A stretch of 45,811 bases of DNA from Lentisphaeria bacterium (GCA_963582235.1 CAUZRT010000001.1:1-45811), one strand, 5' to 3'. Positions 1 to 11,299 are shown, counted from the stretch's first letter. Notes: generated by a model not told the origin, from the sequence alone. Made by a program: numbers and translations.

Positions 1-1639
1 TCAGAAGATTGCCCAGGTGCCCGAGCAGGACCTGGGTCATGAGATCGCCCTTGCTCGTTGCGTCGGCCTTGCCGTTGATGTATATGACCCGATTGCCGTT
101 CTCTTCCTCGGTCACAGCGACCGTCGCCGTCAGGCCCTCGTTGAAGTAGAGGATTCGATCATGCTCCGAATGCAGCCGGGCGTAATGCCCGAAATTATCG
201 AATCGCAAACGTGAAGTGTGCCGGAATTCCGAAGCGAGAAACAGGTGCCGGTTGAAACCCGGGACGCCGAACACCGTGATCGCCGTGATCAGGATCGCTG
301 CGCCGGCCATGAGCCGCCGCAGCTTGACGGGACGGGAGACGAGGAAAGCAAGGAAAACCAGTATGATCGTCAGGTTGGCAAGGATACCGATATCTATGGT
401 GCGGCGTGTTCCGATGAGCGGGATCAGGACGATACCCGTAACACCGGCCGCAACGATCGTTCCCAGAATGTTGAAAGCAAAGAGAGAACCAATTCGACGG
501 CCGACCTGCGTCGCATCGGTCAGCGTCGCAATGCCAAGAACCGGAAGCACCATGCCCGAGAACAGCGTCGGCAAAAACATGACGATGGCGCACAGGATCG
601 CCTTCAATCCGGCGAACACGTAAAAGGTGCCATCCGTGTGTTGCAACGCGTTGGAAAACAGGTGAAATACATAGGGAACGCGGTTATAGAGCGGCAGGGT
701 CGCCCCGATCGACAGGATAAGGAGAAACTCGAGCCCGATCACGACCGCGGCAATGTCGCGGAACCGATCGATGAACGCCGAGATCAGCAGACTGCCAAAT
801 GCGATCCCTGATATGAACACGGCAAGCATCATGGCGAACGAATACGTCGACGAGCCAAGCATGTTCGACAAGACCCGAATCCATGCGACTTCATAAATCA
901 TGGATGCCAGTCCCGTCAGAAAGGCGGCAAACAGGAACCATTTTACCGGGTCTCCGCGAAACGCGGGCCGCGTCACTTCCCGAACAGCTCGAACGCTGCT
1001 GTCGTCCACCGGTTCGCCTGTGCTGTTGCGAATCAGCAGGACAATGAGACCGATGGCAATGTTGGCCGCGGCGGCGAGATACATCGATCCCTTGAAACCG
1101 AACGCGCCGATCAAGACAAATCCAGCAACCAAGCAGCCGACAACAGCACCGAGTGTATTGACGAAATACAGAATGGCAAGCTGCCGGCCGCAATCACTGA
1201 GGCGATGAATGAAGATTCGTGCCAGGACTGGAAGGGTCCCGCCCATCATCATCGCCGGTACGACCATGATCAGAAAGGACAGGACGAACTTGACGAGAAG
1301 AACGAAACCGCGGCCGGAGTCATTGTCGAGAACCCCGGTATAACAGTGCTCGGCGAGATCGAGGAAAAACGGAAAGACGAGGGCGTAGAGACCGATTACC
1401 AACTCGAGACCACTGTACAGGAGCAGCCGGCTGCGGGCCACATCGGCATAACGCCCGACAAGGAAACTCCCCAGCCCCAGCCCGGCCATGAAAGTGGTCA
1501 GTACCGCCGCCTGCGAGTACGCGCTGGCGCCGAAAAAGAGCGTCATGTATTTTTCCCAGATGACCTCGTAGATCAGACCCGTGGCACCGGAGATGAAGCA
1601 GAAAAGGTAGAGCAATAGTAGAAGTTCTGACCGTCTCAT
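1..1639 (-). CDS. Membrane-anchored spermidine-synthase-like protein (fused MFS-like/spermidine synthase family), N-terminal 546 codons; the C-terminus lies beyond the window start
   Basis: My own translation of the minus strand from the ATG at 1639-1637 gives MRRSELLLLLYLFCFISGATGLIYEVIWEKYMTLFFGASAYSQAAVLTTFMAGLGLGSFLVGRYAD... The frame stays open down to base 2. It ends ...RILYFNEGLTATVAVTEEENGNRVIYINGKADATSKGDLMTQVLLGHLGNLL, which looks like the start of a spermidine-synthase fold. It is absent from the ORF track because there is no stop codon in the window. Confidence 0.8.
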   Translation of the reverse strand, partial: MRRSELLLLLYLFCFISGATGLIYEVIWEKYMTLFFGASAYSQAAVLTTFMAGLGLGSFLVGRYADVARSRLLLYSGLELVIGLYALVFPFFLDLAEHCYTGVLDNDSGRGFVLLVKFVLSFLIMVVPAMMMGGTLPVLARIFIHRLSDCGRQLAILYFVNTLGAVVGCLVAGFVLIGAFGFKGSMYLAAAANIAIGLIVLLIRNSTGEPVDDSSVRAVREVTRPAFRGDPVKWFLFAAFLTGLASMIYEVAWIRVLSNMLGSSTYSFAMMLAVFISGIAFGSLLISAFIDRFRDIAAVVIGLEFLLILSIGATLPLYNRVPYVFHLFSNALQHTDGTFYVFAGLKAILCAIVMFLPTLFSGMVLPVLGIATLTDATQVGRRIGSLFAFNILGTIVAAGVTGIVLIPLIGTRRTIDIGILANLTIILVFLAFLVSRPVKLRRLMAGAAILITAITVFGVPGFNRHLFLASEFRHTSRLRFDNFGHYARLHSEHDRILYFNEGLTATVAVTEEENGNRVIYINGKADATSKGDLMTQVLLGHLGNLL

Positions 1640-1696
1640 TCGGCTCACGTCAAACAAAGTGGATGCGCTCGATTTTCGGGCCCCTGCGTATCGGCC

Positions 1697-3906
<2,210 letters not shown>

Positions 3907-3908
3907 AA

Positions 3909-4574
3909 CTACTCGAACTGCCGGACGAAGGCGTTAAGGCGATCGCGCAAAGCTTCCAGTTCACGGCGAAGCCCGGCTGTTTCGTTTTCCAATTTTGTGA
4001 TCCGATCGTTCTCCTCCAGCACCGCAAGGGTGGCAGGTTCCGCCGGAATTTCGAATTCTGACTCCGGGAACTCCGGCGTCCCGGCAAGGAGGTGTGCGTA
4101 GCGCGACTCCTTGCGTCCCGCCTGCCGCTCCAGCTTCAGAACCAGCGCCCCCTCATTATGGTTCGCCAATGACTCGAGCGTTTGCGCAACATCTTTCAAC
4201 GTTGCGAACTCGTGCATGCGCGCACACCGTCCCTTGATTTCCCCAAATGTCTGCGGTCCCCGCAACATCAACGTGCAGGCCACCGCCACCGCCGCCGGGT
4301 CGAGCTCGAAAACGTCCGTAAAATCGTGCCCATATTTCCGCACACGGCTGCCGGCCTCGCTGACATGTGTTACCAGTTTCTTGTTCCACAGGGAGTCGAG
4401 TGTCCGGGCCACTGTCTCTTCCGTATAGTGGACAACCGGGTCCCGATTCGATTTTTGATTACAGGCATTGGTCAGGGCATTCAGGGTCATCGGATAGTAG
4501 TCGGGCGTCGTGATTGATTTCTCGATGAGCGCGCCCAGGCAGCGGACCTCGGTTTCTGTCAGCAAAATTTTCAT
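3909..4574 (-). CDS. YceH-family protein (DUF480/UPF0502)
   Basis: The 221-aa ORF resembles E. coli YceH from its N-terminus (LTETEVRCLGALIEKSITTPDYYPMTLNALTNACNQKSNRDPV...) and has a C-terminal coiled-coil. Confidence 0.85.
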   Translation of the reverse strand: MKILLTETEVRCLGALIEKSITTPDYYPMTLNALTNACNQKSNRDPVVHYTEETVARTLDSLWNKKLVTHVSEAGSRVRKYGHDFTDVFELDPAAVAVACTLMLRGPQTFGEIKGRCARMHEFATLKDVAQTLESLANHNEGALVLKLERQAGRKESRYAHLLAGTPEFPESEFEIPAEPATLAVLEENDRITKLENETAGLRRELEALRDRLNAFVRQFE

Positions 4575-4732
4575 GGCCGTATTCTACCTTCGAAGATTGT
4601 GTTTGCAATCCACAATGATGGCGGTAGCTTGCGATCAAAGTTTCGGTCCTCGCGGCGTCCGTCGTCATCGGCCGGCGGCTGCCGGATGATTACGAATTGA
4701 AATCCAAAGCTTCTCAGGAGCTACACTGATTC

Positions 4733-5182
4733 ATGAACGTCTTGAATTGGCGGGTCTATCTTGCCGGCGAAATCCACAGCAACTGGCGCCAGGAGATTGC
4801 CGACGGCGTGGGACGGGAGAAACTGCCCGTTGAACTTGTCGGTCCGGTCACGGATCATGGGGTTAGTGATAATTGCGGTATCGAGATCCTCGGCGCTGAG
4901 GAAAAGCCGTTCTGGGTCGATCACAAAGGCGGCAAGATCAATGCGATTCGCACGCGCACCTTGATCGAAAAGTCGGACATCGTAGTCGTCTGTTTTGGGG
5001 AAAAATACCGGCAATGGAACGCCGCCTTTGATGCCGGTTACGCGGCCGCGTGCGGCAAGCGCCTTATCACCCTGCACAGTGCCGACCTCACCCATCCCCT
5101 GAAAGAGGTCGACAGCGCCGCTTTCGCCGTTGCCGCGACGCCGGATCAAGTCGTCCGGATCCTGAAGTACGTGACCCGGTAA
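4733..5182 (+). CDS. YtoQ-family protein (nucleoside 2-deoxyribosyltransferase-like fold)
   Basis: 149 aa. The segments VYLAGEIHSNWRQEI...FGEKYRQWNAAFDAGYAAA match the YtoQ family signature as I recall it. Confidence 0.8.
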   Translation: MNVLNWRVYLAGEIHSNWRQEIADGVGREKLPVELVGPVTDHGVSDNCGIEILGAEEKPFWVDHKGGKINAIRTRTLIEKSDIVVVCFGEKYRQWNAAFDAGYAAACGKRLITLHSADLTHPLKEVDSAAFAVAATPDQVVRILKYVTR

Positions 5183-5402
5183 ACTCCAATGCTGGTATGA
5201 TAATTGCGGCTTGATAAATTTGTGGCAATCGCGTTATTCCCACTGTCGGAAACGACTCGCGTTATCGGCCGGGTCCGTACCTTTGGCAATTGACAATTCG
5301 AGGCATTCGACATAATGTATCAGCCGGATGTCAAGGGAGTATGCTTGATATCACGACCAGTTCATTACCCTAAACATTTTGAACCGGCGAAGGAATTGAG
5401 CA

Positions 5403-5969
5403 ATGGAGCCAAACGGAGATTTCTTTCGTGTCAAGATTGAGAATATTTCTCTGAGTAATCTCGGATTTATTATCTTCTTGAAGCAGGACAACAACGAAAA
5501 TGTACTGCCCATCTGCATCGGCGCCGCGGAAGCCCATTCAATCGCGGCGGCGTACAACAGGCATGAATTTCCCCGGCCACTTTCACATGATCTTTTCAAG
5601 AACGTGCTCGGCACGCTGGATTGCACTGTAAACAGAATTCATGTGACGAAGTTGGTCGACGGCACTTTTTACGCCCGGATTTTTTTCAACAAAAATGGTG
5701 AAGAAATCGACGTCGATTCGCGGCCGTCCGACGCCATCGCCCTAGCGCTGCGTTTCGACGCTCCGATCTTTGTACATCATGACGTTTTCAAGTCTGCCGC
5801 AGTCAACATCAATCAGGCGAAGCAGAACGCCGAGGAGGCAGAGGAACCCGAGTCGATCGATCCCGTCGAACGGCTGAAGGTGCGGTTGGAGAAGGCGGTG
5901 GCGGATGAACGCTACGAAGAGGCCGCCAAGGTTCGGGACGAGTTGCAGCGAATGAAGAGTGACAACTGA
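5403..5969 (+). CDS. Bifunctional nuclease family protein (DUF151) with a C-terminal UVR motif
   Basis: 188 aa. It has the core LPICIGAAEAHSIA...RPLSHDL...SRPSDAIALALR and the UVR-like tail ERLKVRLEKAVADERYEEAAKVRDELQRM. Confidence 0.85.
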   Translation: MEPNGDFFRVKIENISLSNLGFIIFLKQDNNENVLPICIGAAEAHSIAAAYNRHEFPRPLSHDLFKNVLGTLDCTVNRIHVTKLVDGTFYARIFFNKNGEEIDVDSRPSDAIALALRFDAPIFVHHDVFKSAAVNINQAKQNAEEAEEPESIDPVERLKVRLEKAVADERYEEAAKVRDELQRMKSDN

Positions 5970-5984
5970 AAACTCAGATCCAGC

Positions 5985-6003
5985 CCTCCCCCCGGGGGGG
6001 AGG
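5985..6003. terminator. GC-only palindrome between convergent genes (possible bidirectional terminator)
   Basis: cctcccccc-g-ggggggagg forms perfect 9-bp arms. There is no U-tract. It sits between the nuclease stop (5969) and the channel stop (6070). Confidence 0.4.
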
Positions 6004-6069
6004 CGATCCGCGGCTGCGGTGCAGAAAATAATCCGCCCAGACGTTATGAATTTTCCCGATGGAAAAAGT

Positions 6070-7302
6070 TCATAACTTGATATCTCGGCTCGCGATCACC
6101 ACCGCCTCGGCGCCTTCCTCGAACACATAATGCTTCGGGTTGATGTAATACCGACCCTCGGCATCATAGACGGCCACCAGAATAGCGTCGCACGTCGTCT
6201 TCAGATGAATGAAAAGATTCAGGAAAGGCTTGCCGATCCACTCGGGTGTGGTCGGTAGACGGAAGAATTGATCGTCGCCCTTGAAGGTCAGCAAATCGGT
6301 AAATACTTTGCCCACCATACTGCGGTTCAGAGCCGCATGAACAAGAAGGAAGGCGCTGTGTTCGCCGGTCACCACAAAGTCATTCACCTTGCCCATCTGC
6401 AAATGTGAACTGAATTCACAGTTGTAGAGCTCGGCGCAGGTGTATATGTTCGGCTTCAGTTTTTCCACCGTCAACGCCGCCAGAATCGTCCGTGCGTCGG
6501 CGTCCTAGTCGTTGCGGACTTGGGACGTGTCCGCCAGAATGATGCAGATGCTGGCCCGGTGAACGCCGGCCTTCTCCAACGACGACACCTTCGTGAAATC
6601 CTCCTGCAGCAGATAATGACGTGGTTTCTCGAACTACTCCCAATCCACGATTGCGCCCCTCCTTGCTGTAAGCGTTCGACCAAAAAGGCGGAAACCGTCC
6701 CCGTGAACATGGCAAAGATGGTGAGCGTCGTGAACATGATGAAGACGGTCACAAACTTGGCGCCGAGGGAATGTGGATCACCGAGCGGTTCGCCCGCGAA
6801 CAGCAGATAAACGATGTGCCAGAAGGCGTCGCCGAGACTAGTTCAGATCGGGATTGACCCGACTTTCAAAAGCGAGCATCGCCACACTGCCGAATGTGAC
6901 CGTCAACAGCACCAGACCGGTCACGATCACGTACTCGACAACGCCGCGCCGCATACGGGAAGTAGCTAGACGTAGCGCGTGTACCAGCCCCAGAATTCGC
7001 AGCAGGCGCAGCGCGCGCGCAAAATTCGGAAAGCGCGAAACAGCGGCAGGCAGGCTATGATGTCAATCCAGAACTCGCGAAAAAAACGCTTGCGCGATGG
7101 CGCCGCGCAACAACGGAGCGACAGCTCAATGAATGAACAGCAGTGTGATACCGTCGTTAACATGCTCCAGCATCGCGACCGAAACCGAATCGGCCCGGCC
7201 GCCATCTCCAGAACGGTCAGCGCCACCGAAATGACAATCACCAGACCGATCGAGAGCTCGACCGCAATGTGCCGAAAGAACCCGTGTAACTTATCGCCGC
7301 AT
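6070..7302 (-). pseudogene. Voltage-gated-type K+ channel with an RCK/TrkA domain, multiply disrupted
   Basis: Channel-like segments lie in different minus-strand frames. They include an S4-like FFREFWIDIIACLPLFRAFRILRA (continued in another frame as LRLLRILGLVHALRL), then AFWHIVYLLFAGEPLGD..FVTVFIMFTTLTIFAMFTGTVSAFLVERL, then RNHVIIC, then DFTKVSSLEKAGVHRASICIILADTS...DADARTILAALTVEKLKPNIYTCAEL. Only the last 134 codons (6070-6474) form an intact ORF. There are at least 4 frame changes, in-frame TAG and TGA codons, and most of the Rossmann part of the RCK domain is missing. Confidence 0.75.
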
Positions 7303-7307
7303 CACTG

Positions 7308-9119
7308 TCATTTCACCGGCCGCATTTCACCGGCCTGGTACCGATTCCAGTAGTCCTTGACTTTTCGAAGCACGACCGGCGCCAGGATGACGCTGCCGAC
7401 GATGTTCGGAAAGGCCATGCTCAGGATCATCAGATCTGAGAAATTCAGGACATCCGTCAACTTTGCGACCGCACCGATGACGACGAAAACGACGAACACA
7501 AGCCTAAACACGATCACTGATTTCAATCCGATGCCGCTGCCGAGATGATCTAAAAGATAGATCCAGCCGCGCTCGCCATAGTAGCACCAGGAGATCATCG
7601 TCGAATAGGCGAACAGCGCAATGCATACGGCAAGAATGTACGGAAACCAGGAAATGGCGCTGCGAAACGCCTCCGTCGTCAACGTTACGCCGATGTTGCC
7701 CCCCTGTGACGTGATCGCCGGATCGTTCCAGGTCCCGGTGATAATGACCACCAACGCGGTCATGGAGCACACGACGATGGTATCGATGAACGGTCCGATC
7801 ATCGCCACAATGCCCTCACGCACCGGCTCATCTGTCTTCGCCGCCGCATGCGCTATGGCAGCACTGCCGAGCCCGGCCTCATTAGAGAACGAGGCCCTCG
7901 TGATACCCCAAATCATGACACCTACCATGCCGCCGAAAAAGGCATTGTCCGTGAACGCCATGCGAAAGATCAAAGCCGCTGTCCCCGGTATTTTGGAAAA
8001 GTTGCAGATAATGATGAACAGCGACGTCACCACATAGATGCTGCACATAAACGGAATAATTCTCGCGGTGGCCGCGCCGATTCGCTTGATGCCCCCGATG
8101 ACCACGAGACCCACGAATATCGCTAACACGATCCCGAACGCCCAACGCGCGGCACTTCCCTTCGCCATCCAGGTCTCCCGGTCTTGGCCGAAAGTGTTGG
8201 CAAAGGCCTCGAATGCCTGGTTCGACTGAAACATGTTGCCGCCGCCGAGGGCGCCGCCCATGACCATGAGCGCAAAGACAATCGCCAAAACCTTGCCCAG
8301 CATGCCGAACCCCGGACTCAGCGACTTCAAACCCAGGTCTAGATAGTACATCGGCCCCCCCGAAATCGACCCGTCCGAGTTGACCTGACGGTACATCTGC
8401 GACAGCGTGCAACTGCTGAACTTGGCCGTCATGCCGAAGACCGCCGTCAACAGCATCCAGAAGAACGCACCCGGCCCCCCGAGCTGAATCGCGATGGCGA
8501 CGCCGGCAATATTGCCCAGTCCAATGGTGGCCGACAAGGCGCTGGTCAAAGCACGGAAATGCGTGATCTCGCCGGCATCCTCCGGACGATCGTAGCGACC
8601 GCGAATGACATCGACCGAGTGCTTGAATCCGCGAATGTTGATCCACCCGTACCAGAATGTAAAGAATATCGCACTGAGAAGAAGGATAATGACCAGAAAC
8701 TTTAGCTTGACAACCTTCACTTTTTGCTGGCCGGATTCGTCAAGTATCGGCCGCCCCTCCCGGTCGGTTTCTTCGATTTTAATCCTGCCGAAGGCCAGAT
8801 CAAAAAACAATGCCTTTCCCAGAACTCCGTTAATCTTTACGAGCAATGATGGCCCCTCTTCATCCGTCTCTTGTTCATCCGTTCCTGCCCCGGTATCTGC
8901 CGCGGCATCGGCGGCATTATCGACGGCTTCGGTGGCTTCCTGGCCGTTCTCTATCACTGTCTCCGGGGGCGGGCCGGCATCGTCCTGGGAACGGCAAATC
9001 GAAACCGTCAGCAGACAGAAACTAAGGGCGAGACATGCAACGCGTAGATGCCGGGCATACTGTTGTGAACTCATGATCGTGGGGTGAGCCTGGTGACGGG
9101 ATTGATTGCTGTGAATCAC
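7308..9119 (-). CDS. Alanine/glycine:cation symporter (AGCS family) with a long N-terminal extension
   Basis: 603-aa ORF with the AGCS signature ALSATIGLGNIAGVAIAIQLGGPGAFFWM. The first codon of the ORF is GTG; the ATG at 9074 (MSSQQYARH...) is a likelier start. Confidence 0.85.
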   Translation of the reverse strand: MIHSNQSRHQAHPTIMSSQQYARHLRVACLALSFCLLTVSICRSQDDAGPPPETVIENGQEATEAVDNAADAAADTGAGTDEQETDEEGPSLLVKINGVLGKALFFDLAFGRIKIEETDREGRPILDESGQQKVKVVKLKFLVIILLLSAIFFTFWYGWINIRGFKHSVDVIRGRYDRPEDAGEITHFRALTSALSATIGLGNIAGVAIAIQLGGPGAFFWMLLTAVFGMTAKFSSCTLSQMYRQVNSDGSISGGPMYYLDLGLKSLSPGFGMLGKVLAIVFALMVMGGALGGGNMFQSNQAFEAFANTFGQDRETWMAKGSAARWAFGIVLAIFVGLVVIGGIKRIGAATARIIPFMCSIYVVTSLFIIICNFSKIPGTAALIFRMAFTDNAFFGGMVGVMIWGITRASFSNEAGLGSAAIAHAAAKTDEPVREGIVAMIGPFIDTIVVCSMTALVVIITGTWNDPAITSQGGNIGVTLTTEAFRSAISWFPYILAVCIALFAYSTMISWCYYGERGWIYLLDHLGSGIGLKSVIVFRLVFVVFVVIGAVAKLTDVLNFSDLMILSMAFPNIVGSVILAPVVLRKVKDYWNRYQAGEMRPVK

Positions 9120-9250
9120 GGGCAGGCGGGTGCTCGACGCCGTTGCCTGGATCCGGATTGGTGGGATAGATACGAGCGCTCAATACGGAAATATATGGTA
9201 AATTTATGCGCCGTAAATTGAATGTCAAATCGGTCGGGGCCTGACCCAAT

Positions 9251-9676
9251 GCCCCCCAACTTAAGCCAAAGTCCACATACACTCGTAATCGATCCATTCG
9301 GAATTCGGTCCCGCGTAATCGCTCGCTCGCGTGAGCGGCGCGGTATCCCGATTTCGCTCGCGGCGATGGTTCGGTGAAGAGGTTGCGGGCCTATGGTCTA
9401 CATCCGGTGTCGGCTTCGCCCGGTGGTCGCGTTGCGTCCGTCCTGCGATCGCTGCCCTTCGTGCCTTCTCATTCGCAGCGGCCGCTGTGGACATCGGCCC
9501 TCTAATCACCGGCCGTCCAGGCCAGCGGCTCTGGAGGGGCGGCGGTCTCGACGACCATCTTCCCAATATCAGTACGCCTGTTTATGCCGCCGAAAACGAA
9601 TGGATCGATTACGAATCGGTCGATTACGAGTAGCGGCAGCACGGATGTTACTTTTCGACGCTTAAGTTGGGGTGGC
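9251..9676. repeat. 426-bp element bounded by 50-80-bp inverted arms (MITE-like or an inverted duplication of an IS end)
   Basis: The left arm at 9251-9300 is gccccccaacttaagc...actcgtaatcgatccattcg. The right arm at 9597-9676 is cgaatggatcgattacga[atcggtcgattacga]g...gcttaagttggggtggc. Both sub-blocks are reverse complements, and the right arm has a 14-bp internal duplication. Confidence 0.75.
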
Positions 9677-9872
9677 ATTCGGTCAGACCGCGCCGATTCC
9701 CGCCCTGCACAGACAGATGCGTCCGAGAGTTGTTGTGGTATTCAACGTATGCCGCCGGAATCCGCCGCAGATGCCTCTCCCCGAGCACGATCATATGTTT
9801 CAAGCACTGTCCCCGGCGAATCGAGCCGATCACGCGCTCGACGTATGCATTTGAGGGAAAAAGATGCCGCCT
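9648..9872 (-). mobile_element. Remnant of a transposase/integrase (rve core domain), C-terminal ~65 aa only
   Basis: The minus-frame translation is ..FPSNAYVERVIGSIRRGQCLKHMIVLGERHLRRIPAAYVEYHNNSRTHLSVQG... This matches the conserved C-terminal block (QNAYVERLIGSIRRECLDHVIVL.ERHLRR.L..Y..YY...RTHLSL) of a common rve integrase family. No upstream catalytic part is present. Confidence 0.65.
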
Positions 9873-10056
9873 TCAGGATTGACATGACCCTCTCCCCTGC
9901 CCGTCAACAATTCAAATGAAAATTACCGCGTCACTATTGACGAAAGATCGGCGGGATGTAAAGTTTTTTGAGGCGGATGGAATTTTTGGGAGGGACAGTC
10001 CGTTGGTCTCCCGTCTCTAAACCATTCCCAACCTAAATAGTCAGCATCAAAATTGT

Positions 10057-10473
10057 ATGGTCAGCATCAAAATTGAATACAAAGGCGACCTGCGTTGCGA
10101 GGCCGTTCACGAGCCGTCCGGAACCCGGCTGATAACGGATGCGCCCGTGGATAACCACGGCAAGGGCGAGAGCTTCTCGCCGACCGATCTGGTCGCCACC
10201 GGTCTCGGGACCTGCATAGCCACAATCATGGGCATCGTTGCCAACGAACACGGTATCGACCTCAGCGGCATGACCGTTTCCGTTTGCAAAGAGATGGAGA
10301 GCGAACCGGTCCGGCGTATTCGACGCTTGCCGGTCACCGTCCGCATTCCGCGCGCCCTGGCGGCGAACGACCGGACCCGGCTGGAACGGGCGGCGGCACA
10401 CTGTCCCGTCCACAAGAGCATCGGCAAACATGTCGATGCGCCGATCGCGTTCGCTTATGGCAGCGAACGATGA
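10057..10473 (+). CDS. OsmC-family protein (peroxiredoxin-like)
   Basis: 138 aa with typical OsmC blocks (FSPTDLVATGLGTCIATIM ... AAAHCPVHKSI), including both conserved Cys. Confidence 0.85.
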   Translation: MVSIKIEYKGDLRCEAVHEPSGTRLITDAPVDNHGKGESFSPTDLVATGLGTCIATIMGIVANEHGIDLSGMTVSVCKEMESEPVRRIRRLPVTVRIPRALAANDRTRLERAAAHCPVHKSIGKHVDAPIAFAYGSER

Positions 10474-10576
10474 ATTGGGCTGGTTTTCGAGACTCGGGCT
10501 TGAAATCCGATCAATTTGATCCTATTTTTCTTTATGATTACGTGGAATCTGGCTGTTTCCTTTTCCCCGATACCCT

Positions 10577-10604
10577 GATGGCGGCGGCCGCATCGTTTTT
10601 TTTT
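10577..10604 (+). terminator. Rho-independent terminator after the OsmC gene
   Basis: A GC-rich stem (gatggcggc/ggccgcatc) is followed by a T9 run at 10596-10604. Confidence 0.65.
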
Positions 10605-10610
10605 GGTCGG

Positions 10611-10635
10611 AAATAAGACAACTTTTGTCGTATTT
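10611..10635. promoter_or_regulatory. 25-bp AT-flanked inverted repeat; candidate Rrf2/IscR-type operator upstream of the suf operon
   Basis: AAATAAGAC-aactttt-GTCGTATTT has 9-bp arms (8/9 complementary) and a 7-bp spacer. It lies about 110 nt upstream of the rubredoxin ATG. The size and architecture resemble Rrf2-family operators. Confidence 0.35.
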
Positions 10636-10745
10636 AACCGTCGCCAAGCCGACCTGAGATCGTCGACGAAACCTGTGGAGTCCGCTGCACAACCATAAAT
10701 GGCAAACACCAAAGTTTACCAGGAGGCTCAAACTTGGATACTGTG

Positions 10746-10904
10746 ATGAAAACCTACATCTGCATCACCTGCGGATACATCTATGACCCGGAAATGGGCG
10801 ATCCGACATCAGACGTCGCGGTGGGTACCGCCTTTGAAGACCTGCCAGATGACTGGCTGTGCCCTGTCTGCTTTACAGAGAAATCTGATTTTACCGAGGA
10901 GTGA
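10746..10904 (+). CDS. Rubredoxin (52 aa)
   Basis: My own translation is MKTYICITCGYIYDPEMGDPTSDVAVGTAFEDLPDDWLCPVCFTEKSDFTEE. It has both CxxC knuckles and the DDW.CP.C signature. It is too short for the ORF track. Its TGA stop directly abuts the next ATG (TGAATG). Confidence 0.9.
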   Translation: MKTYICITCGYIYDPEMGDPTSDVAVGTAFEDLPDDWLCPVCFTEKSDFTEE

Positions 10905-11261
10905 ATGAAAGTGGAATCCGTAAAACTTGACAACACCGTGGCGATCACGATCACGGAAGCCGCCAGGAATAAGCTCGCTGAGTACATGCGGCAGGATCCG
11001 AGCCGGTTCCTGCGCGTCGCGGTGGTCGCCGGCGGCTGTTCGGGAAATACGTACAGCGCCACCGTTGAAAACGAACTGGCTGACAACGATGACGTTGTCT
11101 ACGAAAAGGACAAAATCCGCATTGTCTCCGATCCGCGGAGTTCCTTGTTTATTGAGGGCCTCAATGTCGACTATTCCAACGATCTCATCCAGGCGGGATT
11201 CCGCTTGACCAATACCAACGCCTCGGAGTCCTGCGGCTGCGGCGCCAGCTTTTCCGTTTAA
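10905..11261 (+). CDS. sufA: A-type Fe-S cluster carrier (HesB/IscA/SufA family)
   Basis: 118 aa with GGCSG and the C-terminal SCGCGASF motif. Confidence 0.85.
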   Translation: MKVESVKLDNTVAITITEAARNKLAEYMRQDPSRFLRVAVVAGGCSGNTYSATVENELADNDDVVYEKDKIRIVSDPRSSLFIEGLNVDYSNDLIQAGFRLTNTNASESCGCGASFSV

Positions 11262-11299
11262 TTCAGAGCTCTTGCAAAACCAGGTGACATCAGCGATCC

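Noticed and set aside
17-1618. Track ORFs 17-214, 195-593, 216-623, 218-811, 684-884, 891-1193, 900-1208 and 1205-1618.
   Set aside because: They have Arg/Pro/Gly-rich or otherwise odd composition and no motifs. All overlap the fully open minus-strand frame that encodes a coherent membrane/spermidine-synthase-like protein, so they are shadow ORFs of a GC-rich gene.
9261-9633. ORFs 9261-9566 (-) and 9331-9633 (+), both ending in EWIDYE-like peptides.
   Set aside because: The shared peptide is a by-product of the inverted DNA arms (CGAATGGATCGATTACGA). The remaining sequence is Arg/Ala/Pro-rich noise.
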